NCBI GenBank assembly: GCA_026126305.1 | Contig: JAHCJI010000012.1 | Location: 13,303 to 77,302 of the forward strand | Reading direction: 5' to 3' | DNA: 64,000 bases | Source of the DNA: Phycisphaeraceae bacterium | GTDB lineage: Bacteria; Planctomycetota; Phycisphaerae; Phycisphaerales; UBA1924 | Shown: positions 28,195 through 37,058 of the stretch, piece after piece | Layout: each line of letters begins with the position of its first letter | Numbering within the stretch: position 1 is the stretch's first letter | Position numbers and translations under genes: made by a program | The notes under the pieces: generated by a model | What the model was told of the DNA's origin: nothing | Seen by the model: only the letters and a program-made list of their open reading frames with translations | Databases searched by the model: none

Positions 28195-29733
28195 TCATAC
28201 TGATGGGGTATTGGTGCGCGCGATCCGCTTCTCGCCAGAGCCGGCGACCTTGGGCCGATCATGGCTGGCCGCCTCCCGCCCATCCTCGGTGACCCGATAC
28301 ACGATGCCAATGGTGTGCTCTGGCTCGCCGAGCAACAGGCGATCGACCACCTCGACGCCCTGCATGAGGGTGTGGTCGGTGTTGGCAACCTCGTACTTCC
28401 ACATGCCAAATCGGCCGCGGCTGTAGATGCCGTGCCGCTCCAGCCAAGGGACGGCCACCGAGAGCCTGTCGTCGCGATCGATGCTCGGGGTCGGGTAGCT
28501 GTATTCGACGGCATGGTGCCAGGTGCTCACGATATCGCGGCGTTCGCCCGGTTCGAGCAGGCCGGCGTTCTCGAGGCCGGCGATCGTGTCCTCGACGATC
28601 CGCTGGGCATCCAAGGGCTTGTGCGGGCTGGCGCTCGTCTCGCACAACAGCGAGTAATGGGTATCGTTGGCCCCCGTCTGGTTGGGGGTCATATAGGGCG
28701 AATAGTTGCTCAAGTATGTCACCCGATAGAACGGGCAGTTGTCCTCGGGAAAGTACATCCAGCTCTTGGTGCTGGGACAACGCCGTTGCAATCCAATCCC
28801 CACCATGTGGCCGGACGAGTGCAGCAGCCCGCCCGCGGCCCGACGGACGTCCTCGGGAGCGTCGGAAACAACCCGCGTACACAGCACGTCCAGGGGCATC
28901 GCCGAGATGACCGCGTCGTACGCGAGTGCTTCCGAAGTGCCGTCGGCATGGACGATGGTGAGGTTCTTGCGGACCGGGTCGATGTGGACCACTCGCGTGG
29001 AGAGGCGGATGTGCGGCCGCAGACGCTGGGCGATCCGGTGGTAAAACTCCCCCGTGCCGCCGCGCTTGGGGAACTTGAATTGGTTGTTGGGACCCCATCC
29101 GAAATCATCGCGTTGCTCGACGACGTTGCGGATGGCCCGCTCGACATCGATGACGGCGACGCGCTCGCCGATCCAGTGCTTGTTCATCATCTCGGGCGGA
29201 TGGGCCCAGACTTTGAAGTTGTAGGGACGCATGAACAGCCTGGCGATGCCCTCGCCGAAGGCGCGGTCGATGAACTGGCCGAAGTCTCGAGCATCCAGAG
29301 CGCTCGGGGCACCGCAAGCCTGGGCCCGCACCAGGCCTACCAGGCAGTCGGCCGCGTCGGCGGGAGGCAGGTAGCGGATGTTGTTCTGGAACGGGTATGG
29401 CACCCAGCGCTCGCGCAGACGTACCCAGCTCTCGCGGTTGTTCAGGACGAAGTCGTCGCCCATCACCTGCTCAAAAAGGCGGTCGTAATAGTCGTAGTGG
29501 CTGAACATGACGTGGCCGCCGATGTCCCAGGTGAAACCCGCCCGGTCGGTGAAGGAATGGGCCAACCCGCCCGCGTAGGGGTTGGCCTCAAGGATCTGGA
29601 AATCGTCGTGCCCAAGCTCCTTCAGCCGCCAGGCGGCCCCCAGGCCGGTCGGGCCGGCCCCGATGATGAGGATGCGGCGCGGATGGACGGCTTGCGGATG
29701 CCCCCCCCTGTTTGCGGGTGTCTTCTCCGCCAT
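28195..29733 (-). CDS. glf: FAD-dependent UDP-galactopyranose mutase, eukaryote-type (long form)
   Basis: Rossmann motif ILIIGAGPTGLGAAWRL, then GGLAHSFTDRAGFTWDIGGHVMFSHYDYYDRLFE and RWVPYPFQNNIRYLP. At 512 aa, these resemble fungal and kinetoplastid UGM as I remember it. Confidence 0.8.
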   Translation of the reverse strand: MAEKTPANRGGHPQAVHPRRILIIGAGPTGLGAAWRLKELGHDDFQILEANPYAGGLAHSFTDRAGFTWDIGGHVMFSHYDYYDRLFEQVMGDDFVLNNRESWVRLRERWVPYPFQNNIRYLPPADAADCLVGLVRAQACGAPSALDARDFGQFIDRAFGEGIARLFMRPYNFKVWAHPPEMMNKHWIGERVAVIDVERAIRNVVEQRDDFGWGPNNQFKFPKRGGTGEFYHRIAQRLRPHIRLSTRVVHIDPVRKNLTIVHADGTSEALAYDAVISAMPLDVLCTRVVSDAPEDVRRAAGGLLHSSGHMVGIGLQRRCPSTKSWMYFPEDNCPFYRVTYLSNYSPYMTPNQTGANDTHYSLLCETSASPHKPLDAQRIVEDTIAGLENAGLLEPGERRDIVSTWHHAVEYSYPTPSIDRDDRLSVAVPWLERHGIYSRGRFGMWKYEVANTDHTLMQGVEVVDRLLLGEPEHTIGIVYRVTEDGREAASHDRPKVAGSGEKRIARTNTPSV

Positions 29734-29972
29734 GTCGAGTGATCCTCTATCTTCCTTCGTTTGGGGGACATCCACGGGACGATGACACGCAATTCCGTGT
29801 GCATTTATGCTCTCGTAAGGACTGAGCCACACAGGCTTGCAAGCGTGAGGGTATGTCGCACGCCTGACCGGTCTCGACGGCTGGCCGGCGCGCTGCACAA
29901 ACTGGTCGGCAAGGAACGGGCCAAGGAGTTGCAGATCCTCGTTTCGACACGATCGTAGAGCGCAACCATCGT

Positions 29973-30184
29973 GTGCACTCGAGGCTGACCCGGCTTAAAC
30001 CGAGGTGCTCGAACACCTCGTCAGCGGGCATTCCATCGTCGAAGTTGCCCGTGTCATCGGCCGAAGCCCGTACACCGTGCATGACCACGCGAAATCACTG
30101 CACCGCAAGCTGGGCGTGCATACCCGGGCCGCCTTGGTTGGATGCGCGACCTTGGGCGTTGCGCCCCCCGGCACGGTCGAGTAG
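29973..30184 (+). pseudogene. frameshifted or truncated LuxR/GerE-type HTH remnant
   Basis: The frame ending at TAG 30182-30184 encodes TEVLEHLVSGHSIVEVARVIGRSPYTVHDHAKSLHRKLGVHTRAAL, a GerE HTH lacking its first residues, and is closed by TAA at 29996. The missing start (SRLTRLK) lies in the frame beginning GTG 29973, one nt out of register. Confidence 0.5.
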
Positions 30185-30814
30185 CCTTCGCTCGAAGTTG
30201 CCCGCCAGGGTCCGGGCCGCGTCGGGGTCCAGGTCCGTCGGCGCATCGAACCGGCCCGAGAGACCACGTTGGAACAGTTCGGGCTTGATCGAGTTGCTGC
30301 TCAGACGCAAGGCCGTGGGCTCAAGCCGCCGCGTGGGCGTCACGCGACGCAGCACCAGCACGCGAACGCTCACGACAACCGAGTCCGCGGCACGCATGGG
30401 CCCGGGCGAAAGATCGGGATCGGCCAGCGAGGCAGGACCACGAGGCAAGATATCAAGCACCTCGGCGGCCTCGAAGCGGACCTCCACCAGGCGGCTTTGC
30501 ACGTTCAAAGTGTCTTCGACCACCCGACTGCCCGGCCCCAAAGTCCATGGTGCGAGCAAGCCAGCCCCCAGAGCCGGGTGCGTCTGGATGACCCCCGCGT
30601 GAGCATCGGCACGGTCGATCTGGTATCGCAGGCGGATCAGTTCTTGCCGGACGATCTCGAAGGCCTGCCCATAGTCGCTGGCAGGTATGACAAACCGCGA
30701 GGTGCCCGCCACTGGGTCGGCCTGGGCTCGTGCCGGACGCGATGCACAGCCGCTCATGCAGGCCAAGGCTGGCAGGAGCACGCAGAGCAAAATGGCCAAG
30801 GTTCGTCGCGCCAT
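30095..30814 (-). CDS. lipoprotein, hypothetical
   Basis: Signal peptide plus lipobox MARRTLAILLCVLLPALACMSGC. The 3' 90 nt overlap the LuxR-type remnant on the other strand, so the true C-terminus is uncertain. Confidence 0.65.
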   Translation of the reverse strand: MARRTLAILLCVLLPALACMSGCASRPARAQADPVAGTSRFVIPASDYGQAFEIVRQELIRLRYQIDRADAHAGVIQTHPALGAGLLAPWTLGPGSRVVEDTLNVQSRLVEVRFEAAEVLDILPRGPASLADPDLSPGPMRAADSVVVSVRVLVLRRVTPTRRLEPTALRLSSNSIKPELFQRGLSGRFDAPTDLDPDAARTLAGNFERRLLDRAGGRNAQGRASNQGGPGMHAQLAVQ

Positions 30815-30817
30815 GGC

Positions 30818-32299
30818 TCAGCGTACGCCCGTATCGGCGTCGGCGAGCGAGGCAAGGACCCCCCAGAGTTGCTGCACACTCTGGAAGGTGTTGCCCGTGC
30901 CGCCAATAGCCACTCGGATCGTGTACCGATCACGCCCTTGGGCGTCGGGCAGGCTGGTATGGGTCAGCAGCACCTGCCCCGAGGCGTTGGCCGCTTCGAG
31001 CAGGGCCCGGGTGTCCGCATCGCGATCGCCGGCAAGCCTGAGGCATACCAGCGAGAGCGATCGCGGGGCGGCCAGCTCGAATCTTGGGTCACTTAGCACC
31101 CGATCCTCGAACCATCGGGCCCAGGCGATGTGCTGGCGGATGTGGGCCTGCAAACCGGCACGCCCATAGTGACGCACGACAAACCAGAGCTTCAACGCCC
31201 GGAATCGGCGTCCCAAGGGGGCCTGCCAATCACGGTAATCAATGACCGCACCCGAATCGCTGGCGGCGTTTCGAAGGTACTCGGGCGTCACGCTCAAGGC
31301 GTCGATAAGCATGGCCCGGTCGGCCACATAAAACAGGTCGCAGTCGAAGTTGGTCAGCAGCCATTTGTGCGGGTTCGTGCAGTAACTGTCGGCCTGCTCG
31401 ACGCCCTCCAGAAAGCCGCGGTGCTCGGGGCACACCGCGGCCGAACCGGCCCATGCGGCATCGACGTGCAGCCAGGCATGGGGTGCCATGCTGTTTCTGA
31501 TGTTGGCGATCTGGTCGATGGGGTCGAACGCGCCACTGCCGGTGGTGCCCGCCGTAGCGCAGCAGTAGAAGGGCACGAGCCCGTTGGCAACGTCGCGTTC
31601 GATCAGGCGGCCCAGTGCATCGGGGTCCAAAGCGTGCCGGGCGTCGGTGGGCACCAGCCGGAGGTGTTCGATGCCGGCGATGCGGGTGGCTTTCAAAACC
31701 GAACTGTGGGCCTGCGTCGAGGTGTACGCCACCAGCGTGCGAGGATCGATCTGGGGCTGGCCCACTCGCAACCGATGCCGGGCCGCGACCATCGCCACCA
31801 GCGTCGCCTCGCTCGCCGTTCCTTGGATCACGCCGCCGCCCGGGCCCGAGCTCAGGAACCGCTCGGGCAGACCCGACAGCCGGGCCATCCAGTCGAGCAT
31901 CCTCGTCTCCAACTCGGTCATGGCAGGCCCGGTCTGCCAGAGCATGCCCTGCACGCCAAGGCCGGTAGACAGCAGGTCGCCCAGCACCGCCGGCCACGAA
32001 CCATTGGCGGGAAAATAACCAAAAAACCCCGGCGACTGCCAGTGCGTCAGGCCCGGGAAGATGATCGACCGCACGTCGTCGAAGATGCGGCCCCACTCGT
32101 CCTCGCCACCGGGCATCGCCGGAGGGTGCTCGGGCAAGGCCGACAGCACGTCGCCCGGCTGAACGTCGGCCCGCACCGGCCATGTGCTGATGTTGGCGTG
32201 GTAGTCCAGGATCAGATCGACCAGGTCGTGGGCGCAGGCACGGAACTGTTCTGGGGTGAGGTGGGCTGGCCCGTGGTTGCCTTCGAGGTGCTCATGCAT
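30818..32299 (-). CDS. pyridoxal-phosphate-dependent group II decarboxylase (aromatic-L-amino-acid/tyrosine decarboxylase-like)
   Basis: LTPEQFRACAHDLVDLILDY, HWQSPGFFGYFPA, HVDAAWAGSA and NPHKWLLTNFDCDLFYV (the PLP-lysine region) are typical DDC-family motifs. Confidence 0.9.
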   Translation of the reverse strand: MHEHLEGNHGPAHLTPEQFRACAHDLVDLILDYHANISTWPVRADVQPGDVLSALPEHPPAMPGGEDEWGRIFDDVRSIIFPGLTHWQSPGFFGYFPANGSWPAVLGDLLSTGLGVQGMLWQTGPAMTELETRMLDWMARLSGLPERFLSSGPGGGVIQGTASEATLVAMVAARHRLRVGQPQIDPRTLVAYTSTQAHSSVLKATRIAGIEHLRLVPTDARHALDPDALGRLIERDVANGLVPFYCCATAGTTGSGAFDPIDQIANIRNSMAPHAWLHVDAAWAGSAAVCPEHRGFLEGVEQADSYCTNPHKWLLTNFDCDLFYVADRAMLIDALSVTPEYLRNAASDSGAVIDYRDWQAPLGRRFRALKLWFVVRHYGRAGLQAHIRQHIAWARWFEDRVLSDPRFELAAPRSLSLVCLRLAGDRDADTRALLEAANASGQVLLTHTSLPDAQGRDRYTIRVAIGGTGNTFQSVQQLWGVLASLADADTGVR

Positions 32300-34431
32300 G
32301 GGCCAACGTAGCGGGGCACCGATCGCGGCGGACGACCCAGGCGCAAGGCCATCAGGGCTTTCCACGCCCCGGGAGCTCGCACCCCCACGGGTGGGGCCGC
32401 CCGGGTCAGCCCTTCCAGGGTGCCTTGGAAAACCCCCGCAAGGGCTCGAGGTCGCGGGCCCGCGAGTCGCAACGCCTGCAAGACGCCCAGGCAGGCCATG
32501 AGTCGCTGCAAGCCTCGGGCATGTCGCCGGGCCATCCAGATCCAGTTCCGAGTCGCCATGTGGCACCAACGGACGCTCTTGCGTGCGGCGGCGGGGCTGT
32601 CATGCCATACGACCCAGGACGGATCGAACCAGACCCCGCCCACGCCATGAAGGGAGAGTGCCAGGTCGGTGTCGTTCCGATAGAGGAAGTAGCCCTCGCA
32701 ATAGCCCCCGACCCGATCCCATGCGTCCTTGCGCACGAGGTTGCCGCAGCCCATGACGGGCCACGCGTCGGTCGCATCGGCAATCAGACGCGCAAACGGC
32801 CACTCGCTGCGACCGCCATCGGGGTGGCGCGGGTGCAGGGCAACAGCGGCCACTTCCGGGCGATCGTCGAGCAAGGCCAGCGCCAGCGACAACGCCTTGG
32901 TGTCGGGACAGGCGTCGTCGTCGAGGACCAACACCGTCCTGCCCGTGGCGGCTCGAACGCCGGTGTTGAACGCCGCCACGCCGGTATTGGCCTCCAGCGC
33001 GATGGGTTGGACACCCGGGTATCGCTCCCGCAAGGCCTGGACCGTGCCGTCGTTCGATGCGTTGTCGACCACGATGATCTGGGCACTGGCTGTCGGTTCG
33101 TGGGCGTGCAGCCTCTCGAGCGTTCGCAGCAGGGCATCCTTGCGGTTGTAGGCCACGACCACGATGCTCAGACCTTGGTCCTTCCCGCGAACCACTTCTG
33201 GCATCGGCGCGGGGGGGGCGTGGGCCAGGGCCCCCCTTCGCTTCTGGAGCAAGAAAGCAAGGAACAGGCCTTGAACGAGTGACCAGAAGGCGCGGCAGAG
33301 TCGCAGCGATCGGCTCGTCGAGATGGTCCAGCCACCTTGCTGGTCCAAAGCGATAGAGCCCGCGGCCGCGAACCAGTCGGCCCGGCGGGCACGGGCGCTG
33401 ACCACCCGACCGTGCCCGATGACCGACGCCTGTGCATCCTCTCGCGACAGGCCCGGGCGATCGGGGTGGCCGGGGTCGATTTCCGCAGGGAGGGGGCCCA
33501 TGACCCTGCCCCGGGCAGCGTGTCGCAAGCCGACCATGTGCAACTCGGCCAGCGCGTGCAGGCCCGTTGCGTGCAAGGTTGCCGCCCGGGCGGCCTCGCG
33601 CAACGCCCGCCGATACACGCCCACGCCAGCCGTGGGCAGGGCCGACATCGCATTGCGGGCGGCAAAGTACCGAGCCACCGTCCGCATCCGGTCCCATCGG
33701 GGGTGGACCACGACCGATCGGGGCGTTGCCACCAGGCGGCCACCCGTCGCCCGGGCCAATCGATATCCCCAAGCCACGTCATCGCCATTGAGGAAGGTGT
33801 CGGGCATGAGGCCAGCCAATCGGATGGCCCGAACGGATGTCAAAAGGCTGCACGCGGCCAGGTATTGGGCTTCGATCGCTGATGGGGGTGCCAGGCCCGG
33901 CACCGGCTTCCAAGCGGACGCGTACTCGCCCGTGCTGGGGATCACCCTGCCTCCGAGTTCGTAGAACTCGCCGGTCTGGGGGTCTTTCAGCAACGAACCG
34001 ACCGCCACGACACCCGGTGCCCCGTGCGCGTCGAGCAAGGCTATCAATGCCTCGGGTTCGGGCAGGGCGTCGCTGTCGAGCAACCAGACGGCATCTTCGT
34101 CTCGAGCACGCTCGAGGACATACCCAAGCCCGGCGTTGTAGCCCCCACTGCCACCAGCGTTGCAGGGAAGCATGACATGGTGGCAGGTCCAAGGCTCGGG
34201 CAGCGGGGTATCGCCGACGCTGTCGGCCAGTGCCGGCTGGCTGGCATTGTCGACCAGCACCAGATACGGCTTGCACATGACGGGCAACAGCAATCTTGCC
34301 AAGGCTTGGCAAAGGTTTCGGGCGTCATTCGGTCGATTGAAGCATGGGCTGACGACCCATATAGACCGATAACCGTCGGCCTTTGGGGTGTGTAGCGGGT
34401 TGTCTTGGCCCATGCGGGTCAACCGTTCCAT
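32212..34431 (-). CDS. two-domain family-2 glycosyltransferase (GlfT2-like N-terminal domain plus WbbL-like C-terminal domain)
   Basis: Domain 1: LVLVDNASQP...NAGGSGGYNAG...LLDSDALPEP. Domain 2: SIVVVAYNRKDAL...IIVVDNASNDGT...LVLDDDACPD. The 3' end overlaps the decarboxylase start by 88 nt on the same strand. The start could be ATG 34431 or 34413. Confidence 0.85.
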   Translation of the reverse strand: MERLTRMGQDNPLHTPKADGYRSIWVVSPCFNRPNDARNLCQALARLLLPVMCKPYLVLVDNASQPALADSVGDTPLPEPWTCHHVMLPCNAGGSGGYNAGLGYVLERARDEDAVWLLDSDALPEPEALIALLDAHGAPGVVAVGSLLKDPQTGEFYELGGRVIPSTGEYASAWKPVPGLAPPSAIEAQYLAACSLLTSVRAIRLAGLMPDTFLNGDDVAWGYRLARATGGRLVATPRSVVVHPRWDRMRTVARYFAARNAMSALPTAGVGVYRRALREAARAATLHATGLHALAELHMVGLRHAARGRVMGPLPAEIDPGHPDRPGLSREDAQASVIGHGRVVSARARRADWFAAAGSIALDQQGGWTISTSRSLRLCRAFWSLVQGLFLAFLLQKRRGALAHAPPAPMPEVVRGKDQGLSIVVVAYNRKDALLRTLERLHAHEPTASAQIIVVDNASNDGTVQALRERYPGVQPIALEANTGVAAFNTGVRAATGRTVLVLDDDACPDTKALSLALALLDDRPEVAAVALHPRHPDGGRSEWPFARLIADATDAWPVMGCGNLVRKDAWDRVGGYCEGYFLYRNDTDLALSLHGVGGVWFDPSWVVWHDSPAAARKSVRWCHMATRNWIWMARRHARGLQRLMACLGVLQALRLAGPRPRALAGVFQGTLEGLTRAAPPVGVRAPGAWKALMALRLGRPPRSVPRYVGPCMSTSKATTGQPTSPQNSSVPAPTTWSI

Positions 34432-34594
34432 GCCCCGCAGCGTAGAGCCATGCGACGGATCGGTCGTGCGGCTTGGCGACATGTCGCTACGATCAGGCCC
34501 GCCCCATGCGTCCGCGATGCGTGGGAGACACGCCGCCACCGGCCGCTGGACGCGGCCCCCCCGAGGCGGCACCAGGTTGAATGGAGTACGAACC

Positions 34595-37003
34595 ATGTTC
34601 TTGACCGCGCGAGCGTTGGGTTGGTTGGATCGACTGGTGGGTCGCAGCGTCGGCCCTCGTGAGGTGCTGCTCGAATCGCTCGAGCCCCGGCAGCTGCTCG
34701 ACGCGGCGTTCCCGCTCATCAGCGACCTGGTCGATCCCCTGAACTCGGTCGTCCGGATCAACACCACGCTCGGAGAGATCGACTTCGAGCTGTACAGCAA
34801 CAGCGGCCCGGGTGGGTCGGCCCCAGCACCGATCACCGTCAACAACTTCCTGAACTACGTGAACTCGGGCCGGTACCTGGACTCGTTCTTCCACCGTTCG
34901 GTGGTGGTCAGCTCGTCAAACCCGGCCATCGATGGACAGCCGTTCGTGCTCCAGGGCGGCGGGTTCACCTTCGACGACGATACGGGCCTGGGCCGCGTCA
35001 CCACGGATCCGGCCATCGCCAACGAGTTCAACGCCGGCCGCTCGAACGTCGAACGGTCCATCGCGATGGCGCTCGTTGGGCTGCTGGGTCCCGATTCGGC
35101 GACCAGCCAGTACTTCATCAACCTGCGCGACAACAACGGGAGCATGGGCTCGGGCGACATCGACCTGGACGCCCAGAACTTCACCGTCTTTGGACGCGTG
35201 GCCAACGACCGCTCGTGGCAGGTCGTCCAGGCGATTTCGAGCCTCAACACGTTCGTCTTTGCCGACATCATTGTCGACGATAACGGCGACCCGGTTCTCG
35301 ACCCCCAAGGCCGGACACAATTCCTCGACAACCCGCTGGCCGACCCGGTGAGTTTCGCCTTGTCAGACGTGCCCGTCGTGACGGCACCCGCACCCATCCC
35401 GCCGCTGGAGATCCGCAGCACGGCACTCGAGGAACGGTTCCTGGTCAAGGTGACCAGCGCCCTTTCGATCAAGCCCGACGGCGTCGATCGCTTCTACACA
35501 TTCCGAGTGGGCTATCCCGAGGGCTACGCCAACGACACCAGCGTCACGTACTTGGAACTCACACACAACCTCTCCTCAGGAGAGGCCGCCACCTACCAGG
35601 TGGTGCTGCGGTACGAGAACGGCGTGCGCGACCAGGTGCTGCTGACCGATACCCTGGCCGCTGGGCAGCGGACACGCATCGCCCTGAGCGACCCGGCCCT
35701 GACCGACGAGCCCCAGGCCCGAAAGTTCTCACCCTTTGCCATCGAGGTCCACAGCACTCGGCCCATGAGCGCGACGCTGACGCACACGGACTTTGGCGCC
35801 ACACTCAGCGAAGCGTTCGTCAACTACGCCGACCTGACTTCCCGGGGCGCTGGAGCCTTCAACGTCTGGGACTTCGGCGGCCTGGCGACAACCCGGGGCA
35901 GCACCGACAACGTCATCGAACGAGAGTCGTACCTCGTCTGGCAGAGCCTGAGCACGCTGGACGGCACCGTCACCGTGCAGGTCTTCACGGACGCGAGCGT
36001 CTTCAACGTCATAACCTTCCCCCTCGACGCCAACCGACGCGGCGGGGTCGAATTGCACAACCTGTTCGGCTTCACAACCGACGGCGTGCAGGCCATCCGC
36101 GTGACGTCCGACGTTGCCATCATCGCGGCCATGTCGACCTACGACCGCATCAGTGCGACCACCGGAGAGCCAGCGATCTCGACCAACGCCTACGCCACGC
36201 AAGGCCTGCTGGGAGGGGGCAAGCGACAGGGCGTGCTGGCCGGTGCCCGCAGGTCCGGAGTGGCCGCGCAAGAGAGCTACGTCAGCTTCTTCAACCCAAA
36301 CCCCGTGGGCACCGTTATCACCCTGACCATCAGCGATACGGATGGCAACTCGGCCAACACCAGCGTCGTGCTCGCCCCGCGGGACATCGGCTTCTACAAC
36401 ATGAACCGCCTGAACATCGACTTCGGCGGCGTCTTCACCGCCGACAAGATCCTCACGCTGCGGTATTCCTCGGTCCAGCCCGTCGCGGCGCATTACACGG
36501 CCACGATCGGAGCAGAGACGATGTCCACCGCGTTCCAGACGCAGTTGACCGACGTGGTCATCCTCTCGGGCGGCTTCGACGCGGGCACCGCTGGCAGCGA
36601 GGTCATCTCGCTCTACAACCCCTACAGCGTCAGCGCGGGCATCACCCTGAATTTCAGCATCCAGTTCTACTTCGAGGACCGAGACATCTTCCTGCCGTTC
36701 TCGGGCCTGCCCATGCTCGCACCGGGAGAACGCGCCGACATCAGCGCACGCGACTTCAGCAGCGTGCTCAGCGTGATCCAACTCGGTGCGGCCTGGCAGC
36801 GCTACACCATCTTCATCGCAGGCATCGCCTTGCCCACGGGCGGAGGCACCACGCCAAACGCCGGGCAGTTCGGCGTCACACTCTCACGCGTCGGGGCCGA
36901 ATCAACCATCGGACGGGATGCGGTCACCATGCACACCGGGACCTTCGGCGAGGGCACCATCCGCGATCTGGCCACCGACTTCTCGGGCGGCAGCGGCGGC
37001 TGA
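34595..37003 (+). CDS. secreted protein with a cyclophilin-type PPIase domain and a long uncharacterised C-terminal region
   Basis: GGAG motif 8 nt upstream of the ATG. LESLEPRQLLDAAFP N-terminal motif. Cyclophilin pattern INTTLGEIDFELY...FHRSV...FVLQGGGF...SIAMA...SQYFINL...FTVFGRV. About 550 further aa have no recognised family. Confidence 0.85.
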   Translation: MFLTARALGWLDRLVGRSVGPREVLLESLEPRQLLDAAFPLISDLVDPLNSVVRINTTLGEIDFELYSNSGPGGSAPAPITVNNFLNYVNSGRYLDSFFHRSVVVSSSNPAIDGQPFVLQGGGFTFDDDTGLGRVTTDPAIANEFNAGRSNVERSIAMALVGLLGPDSATSQYFINLRDNNGSMGSGDIDLDAQNFTVFGRVANDRSWQVVQAISSLNTFVFADIIVDDNGDPVLDPQGRTQFLDNPLADPVSFALSDVPVVTAPAPIPPLEIRSTALEERFLVKVTSALSIKPDGVDRFYTFRVGYPEGYANDTSVTYLELTHNLSSGEAATYQVVLRYENGVRDQVLLTDTLAAGQRTRIALSDPALTDEPQARKFSPFAIEVHSTRPMSATLTHTDFGATLSEAFVNYADLTSRGAGAFNVWDFGGLATTRGSTDNVIERESYLVWQSLSTLDGTVTVQVFTDASVFNVITFPLDANRRGGVELHNLFGFTTDGVQAIRVTSDVAIIAAMSTYDRISATTGEPAISTNAYATQGLLGGGKRQGVLAGARRSGVAAQESYVSFFNPNPVGTVITLTISDTDGNSANTSVVLAPRDIGFYNMNRLNIDFGGVFTADKILTLRYSSVQPVAAHYTATIGAETMSTAFQTQLTDVVILSGGFDAGTAGSEVISLYNPYSVSAGITLNFSIQFYFEDRDIFLPFSGLPMLAPGERADISARDFSSVLSVIQLGAAWQRYTIFIAGIALPTGGGTTPNAGQFGVTLSRVGAESTIGRDAVTMHTGTFGEGTIRDLATDFSGGSGG

Positions 37004-37058
37004 ACAGGATCCAATGAGCCATGCACCAAAAGGCCGGGAACCAGCACCCGGCCTTTTG

